From sequence record ON529851.1: a DNA stretch of 64,000 nucleotides; one strand, written 5' to 3'. Below, piece after piece: positions 42,223 through 50,515 of the stretch (positions are counted from its first letter, which is position 1; every line of letters starts with the position of its first letter). Both the position numbers and the translations under genes were made by a program. The notes under the pieces were generated by a model that saw only the letters and a program-made list of their open reading frames with translations, was not told where the DNA came from and did no database searches.

Positions 42223-43602
42223 ATGAGACGACCGGACCTTGCGTCCGAAGACCTGGAGGATGTTCCCGTGCCCAAGCCCGCCCCGCCCCCGACTGATATG
42301 GAAGCGCTGGTGCGTCGGCCCAAGAAGGCACAATCGAACGTCCCCTCCCCGATCGACATGGAGGCGCTGGTGCGCCGCCCTCAGAAACCTAATCCTCCTC
42401 CGGCCGCGCAACCGCCCGGCGACGTCGACATGGAAGCGCTGGTGCGTCGCCCGAAGAAGGCTCCCGCAGCGGTCGAGCCGGCCGAAGACCCCAGAATTCA
42501 AGTTTACATTCAAAACCGCGTCAACGGCTGGACGCCTGTCATGGCCGCCGGCGCCGCTGGATATAGCGGAAATCAGGTCCATGCCCTGGAGAGCGATCCT
42601 GACATCCAGGCGAGGATCGCCCAGCGCCTGGCGACGCTGCCGGGGTCGGTCCCCCAGAGCACGGGCAGCGGCTTCTACGGCAAGCCTGCCCCCGCGACCG
42701 ACATGGAGGCCCTGGTGCGCCGGGCCAAGCCGAAGCCGACCTCGGGGTCCTTGACCGACTACACCCTTTACGCCATGGCGCGGAAGAACGGGGCGGACGA
42801 CGGTTTCAAGGGGACGTTTGAAGACTATGTCGCCCAGCACGGCTCCGTGTCGAAGCCGGGGGCGGACATGAACGCCTTGGTGGCGCGCAAGAACACGCCG
42901 GCGCCCGCCCCCAACATGGAGGCCCTGGTCCGCCGCCCGCCGCCGCCCGCCGCGCCGGTGAACGCCAACGCCCGACGCAACCAGCAGGTCAATGCGCTGA
43001 TCGAGCGCGCGCGCCAGGTGGAGCCGAGCGTCGTTGAGGGCATGCGCTTCAACACCCGGCTTCACCGCTTCCTGGACCTGCGACCGACCGCCTGGACGAC
43101 CTGGGGCGAAGACGAAGCCCGCGTCGTGGTGCAGTCCGCCTCGGGTCAGGCGGAGGCGTCTCGACAGCTTTCCCTCGCCAACGCCGTCAAGTGGGCCGCC
43201 GAATGCGAGCAGGCCTACGCCAAGCCGCCGGGGTTCATGGACCGCTTCTCCCAGCAGACACGGCCTGAGTTCTATCGGGTCCGGCTGGAGCAGGCCCGCG
43301 ACATGCTGATCAAGGTCCAGGACGACCTCCAGCAGGTGCAGGACCTGGTGCGCGAGAACCTGGACCGGCTGCGGATCGACGTGGTCGTGCTTCAGGTCGC
43401 CACCGAACAGGTCACCGACGCCTCGGACTCCATCATCGCCACGCGGCGTCTCCAGACCCTGGTCCAGGTGCAGGCGACCGCCGCCATGATCCTCCAGGGC
43501 TGCGAGAGTCTGGCCCAGACCGCCGCCGCCCAGGCGGCCACGGTATCGTCGTTGCTGACGGTGACGATCCCCAACTGGATCATCGCGCAGCAGAATCGTT
43601 GA
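42223..43602 (+). CDS. protein with six DMEALVRR repeats and a diverged TelA-like C-terminal domain
   Basis: Pro-rich N-terminal half with 6 repeats; C-terminus aligns without gaps to part of the upstream TelA. Confidence 0.75.
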   Translation: MRRPDLASEDLEDVPVPKPAPPPTDMEALVRRPKKAQSNVPSPIDMEALVRRPQKPNPPPAAQPPGDVDMEALVRRPKKAPAAVEPAEDPRIQVYIQNRVNGWTPVMAAGAAGYSGNQVHALESDPDIQARIAQRLATLPGSVPQSTGSGFYGKPAPATDMEALVRRAKPKPTSGSLTDYTLYAMARKNGADDGFKGTFEDYVAQHGSVSKPGADMNALVARKNTPAPAPNMEALVRRPPPPAAPVNANARRNQQVNALIERARQVEPSVVEGMRFNTRLHRFLDLRPTAWTTWGEDEARVVVQSASGQAEASRQLSLANAVKWAAECEQAYAKPPGFMDRFSQQTRPEFYRVRLEQARDMLIKVQDDLQQVQDLVRENLDRLRIDVVVLQVATEQVTDASDSIIATRRLQTLVQVQATAAMILQGCESLAQTAAAQAATVSSLLTVTIPNWIIAQQNR

Positions 43603-43621
43603 TCCCTCTGGCGCTTAATAG

Positions 43622-43650
43622 TTGACGACTGCTGTCAGAACTGGTTAGTA
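43622..43650 (+). promoter_or_regulatory. promoter upstream of rtcB
   Basis: TTGACG-17 nt-TTAGTA. Confidence 0.5.
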
Positions 43651-43680
43651 GTGCCAAGATAACTGGCAGAGGAGTCCGCC

Positions 43681-44919
43681 ATGCAAGAGATTAAGGGTTG
43701 GCATGGCGGCAAGATCAAGGCCTTCACCCAGCACCCCGACGGCCGCGAGGTCGCGTTCGAACATGCGGCCCAGGTGCAGGCGTTCAACGCCGCCGCGCTG
43801 CCGTTCATCCATGAGCATGTCGCCATCATGCCGGACGTGCATGCCGGGTATGGCTCCACCGTCGGTTCGGTGATCCCGACCAAGGGCGCCATCATCCCGG
43901 CGGCGGTCGGCGTCGACATCGGCTGCGGCATGATGGCGGTGCGCACCACCCTGACCGGCGACGACCTGCCCGACAGCCTGGAAAAGCTGCGCTCGCTGAT
44001 CGAGCACGCCGTTCCGCACGGCGGACCGGGCAAGCACGGTTCCTGGCTGGAGCCGGGGCGCCACGGCATCCCCAACGCGATCATGAACGCCTGGGTCAAG
44101 ACGGGCATGGAAGCGCGCTTCAAGGCCCTGTGCGACAAGCACCCGATCATCGAGAAGTCCTTCCACGTCGTCCAACTGGGCTCGCTCGGCGGCGGCAACC
44201 ACTTCATCGAAGTGTGCCTGGACAAGGACAACCGCGTCTGGGTCATGCTCCACTCGGGCTCTCGCGGCGTCGGCAACGTGATCGGCCGCTACTTCACCGA
44301 GAAGGCGAAGGAGGCGCTGAACAAGCGCGGCGGTTACATCCCGCAGGACAAGGACCTGGCCTGGTTCGAAGAGGGTGAACAACTCTTCGACGACTATGTC
44401 GAGGCGGTCGGCTGGGGGCAGGACTTCGCGCGCCTGAACCGCGAGATGATGATGGTCAACGTCCTGCGCGTCATGCGCACGGTGTTGCCGCCCTTCAAGA
44501 CGGACAAGGAGGCGGTCAACTGCCACCACAACTACGTCACGAAGGAGCATCACTTCGGGGCGGACGTCTTCGTGACCCGCAAGGGCGCGGTGTCGGCCAA
44601 GGACGGCGAACTGGGCATCATTCCCGGCTCCATGGGCGCGCGGTCCTACATCGTGCGCGGCAAGGGCAACCCGGATTCGTTCTGCTCGTGTTCGCACGGG
44701 GCGGGACGGACCATGAGCCGCACCAAGGCCAAGGCCGAGTTCACGGTCGAGGACATGGTCAAGGCCACCGAAGGCGTCGAGTGCCGCAAGGACGCCGGCG
44801 TGATTGATGAAATTCCGATGGCTTACAAGGACATCGACACCGTCATCGACATCCAGGTCGCCTCCGGGCAGATCGAGGTCGTGGCGATCCTGAAACAAGT
44901 CTTGTGCGTGAAGGGCTAA
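43681..44919 (+). CDS. rtcB: RtcB RNA ligase
   Basis: MPDVHAG.G..VG..GVDIGCGM, LGSLGGGNHFIE, HSGSRG.G, NCHHNY, RKGA, IIPGSMG, SCSHGAGR, DEIP.AYK. Confidence 0.96.
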   Translation: MQEIKGWHGGKIKAFTQHPDGREVAFEHAAQVQAFNAAALPFIHEHVAIMPDVHAGYGSTVGSVIPTKGAIIPAAVGVDIGCGMMAVRTTLTGDDLPDSLEKLRSLIEHAVPHGGPGKHGSWLEPGRHGIPNAIMNAWVKTGMEARFKALCDKHPIIEKSFHVVQLGSLGGGNHFIEVCLDKDNRVWVMLHSGSRGVGNVIGRYFTEKAKEALNKRGGYIPQDKDLAWFEEGEQLFDDYVEAVGWGQDFARLNREMMMVNVLRVMRTVLPPFKTDKEAVNCHHNYVTKEHHFGADVFVTRKGAVSAKDGELGIIPGSMGARSYIVRGKGNPDSFCSCSHGAGRTMSRTKAKAEFTVEDMVKATEGVECRKDAGVIDEIPMAYKDIDTVIDIQVASGQIEVVAILKQVLCVKG

Positions 44920-44920
44920 A

Positions 44921-45133
44921 ATGAACCATCGTCTCGCTGACCGTCTGTTCGCCTCCGCCGGCATCGGCGGCTGTCTCGGCGCCGTCGTCTTCTTCGTCGC
45001 CTGCTTCGCCGGCTGGCTGACCCATGTCGTCCACTGCATCAAGTCCGAGGAATGGCTGCTCCTGATCGGCGGCGCCATCATGGCGCCGGTCGGGGTCATC
45101 CACGGCTGGGGGTTGTGGTTCGGCTGGTTCTGA
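44921..45133 (+). CDS. small membrane protein
   Basis: 70 aa; two hydrophobic segments. Confidence 0.6.
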   Translation: MNHRLADRLFASAGIGGCLGAVVFFVACFAGWLTHVVHCIKSEEWLLLIGGAIMAPVGVIHGWGLWFGWF

Positions 45134-45372
45134 TGTGCCCGGATAACGAGCACGACTACGCCTATACCGGCGTGCGGTTCAAGGACGACCCCTTCAACCG
45201 CCCCGGCGGCAGCGCCCACGACCGCTACTACGCCCACGTCTTTCACTGCCGCAAGTGCCTGGACATCAAGTCCGAGCAGATCGGTCGTGACGGCACGGAC
45301 TGGGACGGGGCGAAATACGACGCCACCCCGGCGACCGGGGATGAAGTTCAGGCTCCAAAGGGACGGTACTAA
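45133..45372 (+). CDS. hypothetical protein
   Basis: ATG overlapping upstream TGA. Confidence 0.5.
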   Translation: MCPDNEHDYAYTGVRFKDDPFNRPGGSAHDRYYAHVFHCRKCLDIKSEQIGRDGTDWDGAKYDATPATGDEVQAPKGRY

Positions 45373-45377
45373 CTGAC

Positions 45378-45683
45378 ATGACCTCCATCATCGACGCGAT
45401 CTACCCCGAGACCCTGCCGTGGGAACTCGATCACACCGTCACCGACGAGCACAACAACTCGGCGGTGGTCGACGAGCACCGCGTCGTGATCTGCTTCATG
45501 AGCGACGACGGCCTGACGGACGACGAGCGCGACGACATCATCGACGCGCGCGGCCGCATGATCGCGGCGGCGCCCGAGATGACGATGGCCTTGCTGGCGA
45601 TCGTCGCTTCCGGCGTCGCCCTGCCGGTCGCCGTGACCGAGGCGGTCGAGAAGGCGTTGGACAAGGTTCGCGGCGATGACTGA
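45378..45683 (+). CDS. hypothetical protein
   Basis: 101 aa; coupled. Confidence 0.6.
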   Translation: MTSIIDAIYPETLPWELDHTVTDEHNNSAVVDEHRVVICFMSDDGLTDDERDDIIDARGRMIAAAPEMTMALLAIVASGVALPVAVTEAVEKALDKVRGDD

Positions 45684-46071
45684 TTGCCATCCCGCCGAGA
45701 TGACCCACGAGCGCCTCGCGGCGCGGCAGGTCAAGGCCTACGACTGGGCGGTCGCCACCTACGGCGCGGACCGCGTCACCCAGCGCCGCTATCAGGCCTT
45801 CCGCCTGCTGGAGGAGGTCATGGAGTTGTGCCAGGCCCAGGGCCTGGGGTTGGAGGACTTCGAGCGCACCGCCAAATACGTGGCGGCGCGCAAGGTCGGC
45901 GACACCCGTGAGGAGATGGGCGACGTCCAGATTTGCCTCGACATCATGGCCGAGAACCTCGGGCTGTCCCTGGACGCCTGTCACACCACCGCGCTGAACC
46001 GCATCCAGGGCCTGGACCCGGTCAAGTGCAAGCTGAAGGACGACGGCAAGATCGCCGTCGGTTTGATCTGA
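45676..46071 (+). CDS. MazG-like nucleotide pyrophosphohydrolase
   Basis: RLLEEVMEL..A..REEMGDV..L..A..LG. Confidence 0.7.
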   Translation: MTDCHPAEMTHERLAARQVKAYDWAVATYGADRVTQRRYQAFRLLEEVMELCQAQGLGLEDFERTAKYVAARKVGDTREEMGDVQICLDIMAENLGLSLDACHTTALNRIQGLDPVKCKLKDDGKIAVGLI

Positions 46072-46277
46072 TGAACGTCGTTGACGCCCGTGAACCCGAA
46101 GACTTCTCGGCCCTGATCGGGCTGACGATCCAGGAAGCCGAAGCCCTGACCGGTGGGCTGGTGCGCGCCACCATGCGCGACGGCCGCCCGCAGATCGGCA
46201 CCTGCGACTATCGCCTGGACCGCATCAACGTCTCGGTGGTTGACGGACGGATCACCGCTGCGGGGGGTCGCGGCTGA
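46071..46277 (+). CDS. peptidase inhibitor I78 / potato inhibitor I-like protein
   Basis: LIGL....A....R..DG....T.DYR.DRINV.V.DG.IT...G; ATG overlapping upstream TGA. Confidence 0.65.
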   Translation: MNVVDAREPEDFSALIGLTIQEAEALTGGLVRATMRDGRPQIGTCDYRLDRINVSVVDGRITAAGGRG

Positions 46278-46429
46278 TGGCGTGGTTGTGGGTGATCACC
46301 ATCGCCCTGGTGGTCTGTGCGATCGTGGCGTTGTTCATGGTCGTGGGGTCCGCCATGCGCGATCCCCGCGATCCTGGCGCGGGCGGCGGCTTTGACCTGT
46401 TTGACGGGGACGCCGGGGGCGGCGACTGA
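46277..46429 (+). CDS. 50-aa single-TM protein (not in the ORF track)
   Basis: Manual translation MAWLWVITIALVVCAIVALFMVVGSAMRDPRDPGAGGGFDLFDGDAGGGD; TGATG coupling at both ends. Confidence 0.55.
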   Translation: MAWLWVITIALVVCAIVALFMVVGSAMRDPRDPGAGGGFDLFDGDAGGGD

Positions 46430-47109
46430 TGACGGACTGGATCGCCAACCTGCCGAGCGCCCTGCATCCGCGCCACAAGACCGCCTACGCCGAACCGGCG
46501 ACCCCGGCGACCCGCGCCTGGCTGTCGAACCTGCGGACCCGTGTTGAAGACGCCGAGAAGGCGGTTTTCGGGTTGGCGGACCGGTATGGCTTCAAGGGCT
46601 TCCTTGCGCCGGATCGCGGCGGCTGGCCGACGACCTTCGTCTTCGACGAGGCTCCGGAACATCCCGCCTTCAAGCGGCTGCGGCGCAAAGGGCGCCCGAT
46701 GGCGACGATCGCCAAGTCGGTAGAGGGTCAGGTGTTCGAGACCCTGCTGAAGGCGGGTCCGGCGCACCCTTACGTCGATGAGGAACTGCGACAGGCGCTG
46801 ATCCTGCCGACGTCGGTGCATTATAACTCGGACCGGGTGAGCGGGATGGCGTCGATCGCCGGGCTGCTGGACTGCTCGATCAACTGGACGCCGAAACGGC
46901 AGTTCATCTTTTTCGTCAACCCGTTCCACACCTATGCGCGTCTGCGCGAGCAAAACCCAGACGCGGACATCACCTTCACCGGCGAAGACCGTCCCTATCC
47001 GACACCGACCGAGTGGCGCCCGGCGCCCGGTTGGGACCTGCTGACGTCGGCCAAGGTCGACGTGATCTTCGCCCAGGCGCGGGTTGAACAAGAAGAGGAG
47101 GCCGCCTGA
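46429..47109 (+). CDS. hypothetical protein
   Basis: 226 aa; coupled. Confidence 0.65.
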   Translation: MTDWIANLPSALHPRHKTAYAEPATPATRAWLSNLRTRVEDAEKAVFGLADRYGFKGFLAPDRGGWPTTFVFDEAPEHPAFKRLRRKGRPMATIAKSVEGQVFETLLKAGPAHPYVDEELRQALILPTSVHYNSDRVSGMASIAGLLDCSINWTPKRQFIFFVNPFHTYARLREQNPDADITFTGEDRPYPTPTEWRPAPGWDLLTSAKVDVIFAQARVEQEEEAA

Positions 47110-47110
47110 C

Positions 47111-47668
47111 ATGGCGAAAGACATCTGGTTCGCTTCGGACCACCACTTCGGGCACGAAAAGTGCTGCACCACCTTCCTGCGCGAGGACGGCACGCCGCTG
47201 CGTCCGTTCTCGGGCGCCGAGGAGATGAACGCGGCGCTGATCGAGCGCCACAACGAGGTCGTCAAGCCGCAGGACAAGGTCTACTTCCTGGGCGACGTCG
47301 CCATCACCCAGAAGAACCTGCCCCTGGTGGGGCAGATGCACGGCTCCAAGCGCTTGATCCGGGGCAACCATGACATCTTCCCGACCAAGAAGTACCTGGA
47401 GTTCTTCAAGGAGGTCTACGGCGTCCGCGTCCTGACCGAGTTCGGGGGCATCGTCCTGACGCACGTCCCGATCCATGCCAGCCAGTTGCGCCGCTTCAAG
47501 GTCAACATCCACGGCCACCTGCACGACAAGGTGCTGGAGGAGCCCGGCTACATCAACGTCTCGGTCGAACAGATCGACTACCGCCCGATCCACATCGACG
47601 AAATCCTGGCCCAGGCCAGCCGCTTCAACCCCGGATACGACTTCACTCAAGACGTCCACCCCGGATAA
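47111..47668 (+). CDS. calcineurin-like metallophosphoesterase
   Basis: SDHHFGH, LGDV, GNHD, LTHVP, HGHLH. Confidence 0.88.
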   Translation: MAKDIWFASDHHFGHEKCCTTFLREDGTPLRPFSGAEEMNAALIERHNEVVKPQDKVYFLGDVAITQKNLPLVGQMHGSKRLIRGNHDIFPTKKYLEFFKEVYGVRVLTEFGGIVLTHVPIHASQLRRFKVNIHGHLHDKVLEEPGYINVSVEQIDYRPIHIDEILAQASRFNPGYDFTQDVHPG

Positions 47669-47675
47669 GGACCTC

Positions 47676-48029
47676 ATGCTCACCGCCCTTTACATCCTCG
47701 TCGGCTACTTCTTCGCCGCCGGGTTCATCATCGCGCCGTTCGTGTTCCGCGAACAACTGGCCTCCACCCGCTGGGCCGCCTACAGCATCATCAACGCCAA
47801 CTTCTTCTGGACGATGCTGCCGGTGGCGGTGGCGGTCTGGGCGCTGTGGCTGCCGCTGCTGGCGTTCGCCATCTTCGCCGGCACCTGGGTCGGCATCTTC
47901 AGCCAGATCAAGACGCGCATCCGTATCCGGACGAACGCGGAAGTCGCGGCGGACCGGTCGGTTCTGGACGTCGACTTCATGGCCCCGACGCCGGGCGACC
48001 CGAACATCGGGCGGGACGGCCGCGCATGA
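47676..48029 (+). CDS. membrane protein
   Basis: ATG 47676; 2-3 hydrophobic segments. Confidence 0.55.
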   Translation: MLTALYILVGYFFAAGFIIAPFVFREQLASTRWAAYSIINANFFWTMLPVAVAVWALWLPLLAFAIFAGTWVGIFSQIKTRIRIRTNAEVAADRSVLDVDFMAPTPGDPNIGRDGRA

Positions 48030-48226
48030 CGGACGAGGCCCCTGAGGTCGATCTGACCGAGATCGTCGGCATGACGCCGGCCCTGGCCGCGCTGAAGACC
48101 CGGATGACCATTCGCGAACTCTACCGCAACGGCGCCAAGCAGGTGATCGCCCACGATCACGACGCCAACCGGATCAACGTCACCACCGACGCCGGTTACA
48201 TCACCCACGTTTCTGGAATCGGCTAA
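48026..48226 (+). CDS. hypothetical protein
   Basis: ATGA overlap; 66 aa. Confidence 0.5.
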   Translation: MTDEAPEVDLTEIVGMTPALAALKTRMTIRELYRNGAKQVIAHDHDANRINVTTDAGYITHVSGIG

Positions 48227-49065
48227 TGGCGGACCCTATCCCCTTCTGCGGCGACAACGCCCGCCTGAACCCGGCCAAAGGCGACGAAGGTCGGGTGCGC
48301 GTCATGCACGCCCACAAGACCGACGACGGCCGGGTGATCTCCTGCTGGAAGCTGACGCCGGAGGAGATCGTCAAGGTCGCCGAAACCGGAGAGGTCTGGC
48401 TGTCGCTGTCCTGCGGCGATAACATCCCGCCGTCCTTTGTCTCGGGCACGCCTCTGATGCAGGCCTTCGATCAGGACACCGGCCATGCGATCAGCAGCTA
48501 CCGCTCTGATGGCGAGCACGAGGTGCAGGACGCGCGGCGGTTCGCGCTTTTGCACCACGGCGACCAGAAGTACGGCAAGCGCCCCTACGCCTACCACCTG
48601 GACGGGGTGGCGGCCGTCCTTCGTCGGTGGGGCGCTGACTCCACCTACCTCAAGGCGGGCTACGGTCACGACCTTGAAGAGGATACGATGCAGGACCTGC
48701 CCCTGGTCGAGCGCCGCGCCACGGTGCGCGTGCGGTTAGGCGAGGAGGCCGAGGCCTACGTCTGGGCCTGCACCGGCACCCAGGCGACCCGCGAAGCCTG
48801 TCTGGAGGAGCAGATCGCCAAGATCACCGCTCGTCCCGGCGCCGCGCCGGTCAAGTGCGCGGACCGCCTGTTCAACATGGCGTCCTGCCTGGAAGAGGTC
48901 CAGGAGACGCCCACCGACCATCTGCTGAAGCTGTCGCGCACCTACGACGGCGAAGCGGATCGCTTCATCTCGGCGATGGAACCCCTGGTTCCCGCCCAGA
49001 TCATTGAGGAACTGCGTGACGTCGCTGGTCGACTGCGCGCCTTCCTCGCCACTCAGGCTAACTAA
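48226..49065 (+). CDS. two-domain protein: small N-terminal domain plus RelA/SpoT-type (Mesh1-like) HD hydrolase
   Basis: A..HH.DQ.Y..PY..HL..VA, HDLEEDT, VKCADRL.N. Confidence 0.75.
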   Translation: MADPIPFCGDNARLNPAKGDEGRVRVMHAHKTDDGRVISCWKLTPEEIVKVAETGEVWLSLSCGDNIPPSFVSGTPLMQAFDQDTGHAISSYRSDGEHEVQDARRFALLHHGDQKYGKRPYAYHLDGVAAVLRRWGADSTYLKAGYGHDLEEDTMQDLPLVERRATVRVRLGEEAEAYVWACTGTQATREACLEEQIAKITARPGAAPVKCADRLFNMASCLEEVQETPTDHLLKLSRTYDGEADRFISAMEPLVPAQIIEELRDVAGRLRAFLATQAN

Positions 49066-49073
49066 GGACAGCC

Positions 49074-49580
49074 ATGACCAAATACACCCGCCAACCGACC
49101 GTCGTCGAGGCTTTCCAATATGACCGCCAGCCCAAGAAGGACTGGCCGCAATGGCTCCAGGATTACCAGGTCGCCACCCCCATGGGCTTCCAGGGCGTGG
49201 GCGCCGGCGCCGGCGTTCTGCTGGTGCCGAACAAGAACGGCCCGACCATCAACGTCACGCCCGGTGAATGGGTCGTGTTCGAGAACGGCGTCCTGCTGGT
49301 CTTCCGCAACGACCTGTTCGAGGCGGCCTTCCAGGAAGAAGGCTACGACGAATGGCTGGCCGAGAAGGTCGCCAAGTCCACGGCGCAGTTGGACGCCGGT
49401 GAGACCATCACCGGAGAAGAAGCCAACGCCCGCGCCGCCGCCCAACTGGCCGAGATGAGCGAGAAGGCCCCGGCGGCTGAAGCGCCCGTCGTCGCCGCCG
49501 ATCCCGCCGCCGACGCCAAGGGCGGCAAGAAGAAACCGGCCGGCGACAAGCCGACCGAAGACGCTCCGACCGCCGAGTAA
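49074..49580 (+). CDS. conserved phage protein with acidic disordered tail
   Basis: KYTRQP.VVEAFQ..GEWVV..F...F pattern typical of a common phage family. Confidence 0.65.
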   Translation: MTKYTRQPTVVEAFQYDRQPKKDWPQWLQDYQVATPMGFQGVGAGAGVLLVPNKNGPTINVTPGEWVVFENGVLLVFRNDLFEAAFQEEGYDEWLAEKVAKSTAQLDAGETITGEEANARAAAQLAEMSEKAPAAEAPVVAADPAADAKGGKKKPAGDKPTEDAPTAE

Positions 49581-49589
49581 GGTCGGAAC

Positions 49590-50024
49590 GTGACGGGACT
49601 GACGCTCCTGCGGGGATACCTGCACCGCAAGGCCTGGCCGCAGGGCGTCAGTTTCGAGGCGTTCGGCGCCCCCGCGCCGAGGCCTCCGTGGCGGGTGAGA
49701 TGGGCGCGCCGCCTCTACAAGGCGTCGCTCGTCTCACCCTCTGCGTACCTCCATGATCTGGCATGGCCGCCCTATGACTGTGACGACTGCATCGGCATGC
49801 GCGACCATGGTTGCTACTGCGCCGCCGTCGGCGCGGTGGCGCCCGGCGCCATGATCGATCCGTCCCGACACGGCTGGAGGCTGCTGCACGGCCTGATTTT
49901 CATCTGGACCTCGCCCTTCTGGGATGAGGTCGAACGCTCCTGGGAAGACACTGATGTCTGCATATCTCCAAGCCCCGGCCCACATTGCGGCGGAAGCCGC
50001 CGGCCTGACGCCCGCCGATTTTGA
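49590..50024 (+). CDS. hypothetical protein (Cys cluster)
   Basis: 144 aa; CDDC..CYC; overlaps next gene by about 70 nt. Confidence 0.4.
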   Translation: MTGLTLLRGYLHRKAWPQGVSFEAFGAPAPRPPWRVRWARRLYKASLVSPSAYLHDLAWPPYDCDDCIGMRDHGCYCAAVGAVAPGAMIDPSRHGWRLLHGLIFIWTSPFWDEVERSWEDTDVCISPSPGPHCGGSRRPDARRF

Positions 50025-50265
50025 GGGTGTCGACGGGGTCCTGCTCGGCGCCTGGCTCATGGATCGAGACTCGGTGTCGCTGGGGCGCACGGTTCAGATC
50101 GGCTGGGGCTATATCTACGGAGATCGTAAGGGCCGGTTCGAGGACGGGTCCTACATCCACACCTCCTACTTCACTGCGGAGCCTGTCGACGGGGTCTATA
50201 AGACCCTGAACTCGACCTATCGCCTACGCCTGCGCCCGGAGACCGCTGATGACGCTGACGCCTGA
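49954..50265 (+). CDS. conserved phage hypothetical protein
   Basis: G.IYGD.KGRF.DG..IHTS..KTLNSTY.L pattern. Confidence 0.6.
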   Translation: MSAYLQAPAHIAAEAAGLTPADFEGVDGVLLGAWLMDRDSVSLGRTVQIGWGYIYGDRKGRFEDGSYIHTSYFTAEPVDGVYKTLNSTYRLRLRPETADDADA

Positions 50266-50515
50266 AGACCTGGAGGCGCAACACCGCGCTATCCTGGAGT
50301 CGATGACCCAAGACCAGATGCTGGTCATGGCGCGTGAGATGGTGGCGTCGCGCGCACGCCTGGAATCGGCCCGCGTGGGCCAGTTCGTGACCCGAAAGGA
50401 CAGTCTCGACGCGGTGTTCGCCGCCGAGGCCGCCGCCCGTGACCTGGGGGCTGAACCGAAAATCGACTTCTTCCTCCCGCTCGACAACGACTTCCCCGAG
50501 GCGCGTCTGCCGTGA
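50249..50515 (+). CDS. hypothetical protein
   Basis: 88 aa; coupled. Confidence 0.55.
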   Translation: MTLTPEDLEAQHRAILESMTQDQMLVMAREMVASRARLESARVGQFVTRKDSLDAVFAAEAAARDLGAEPKIDFFLPLDNDFPEARLP

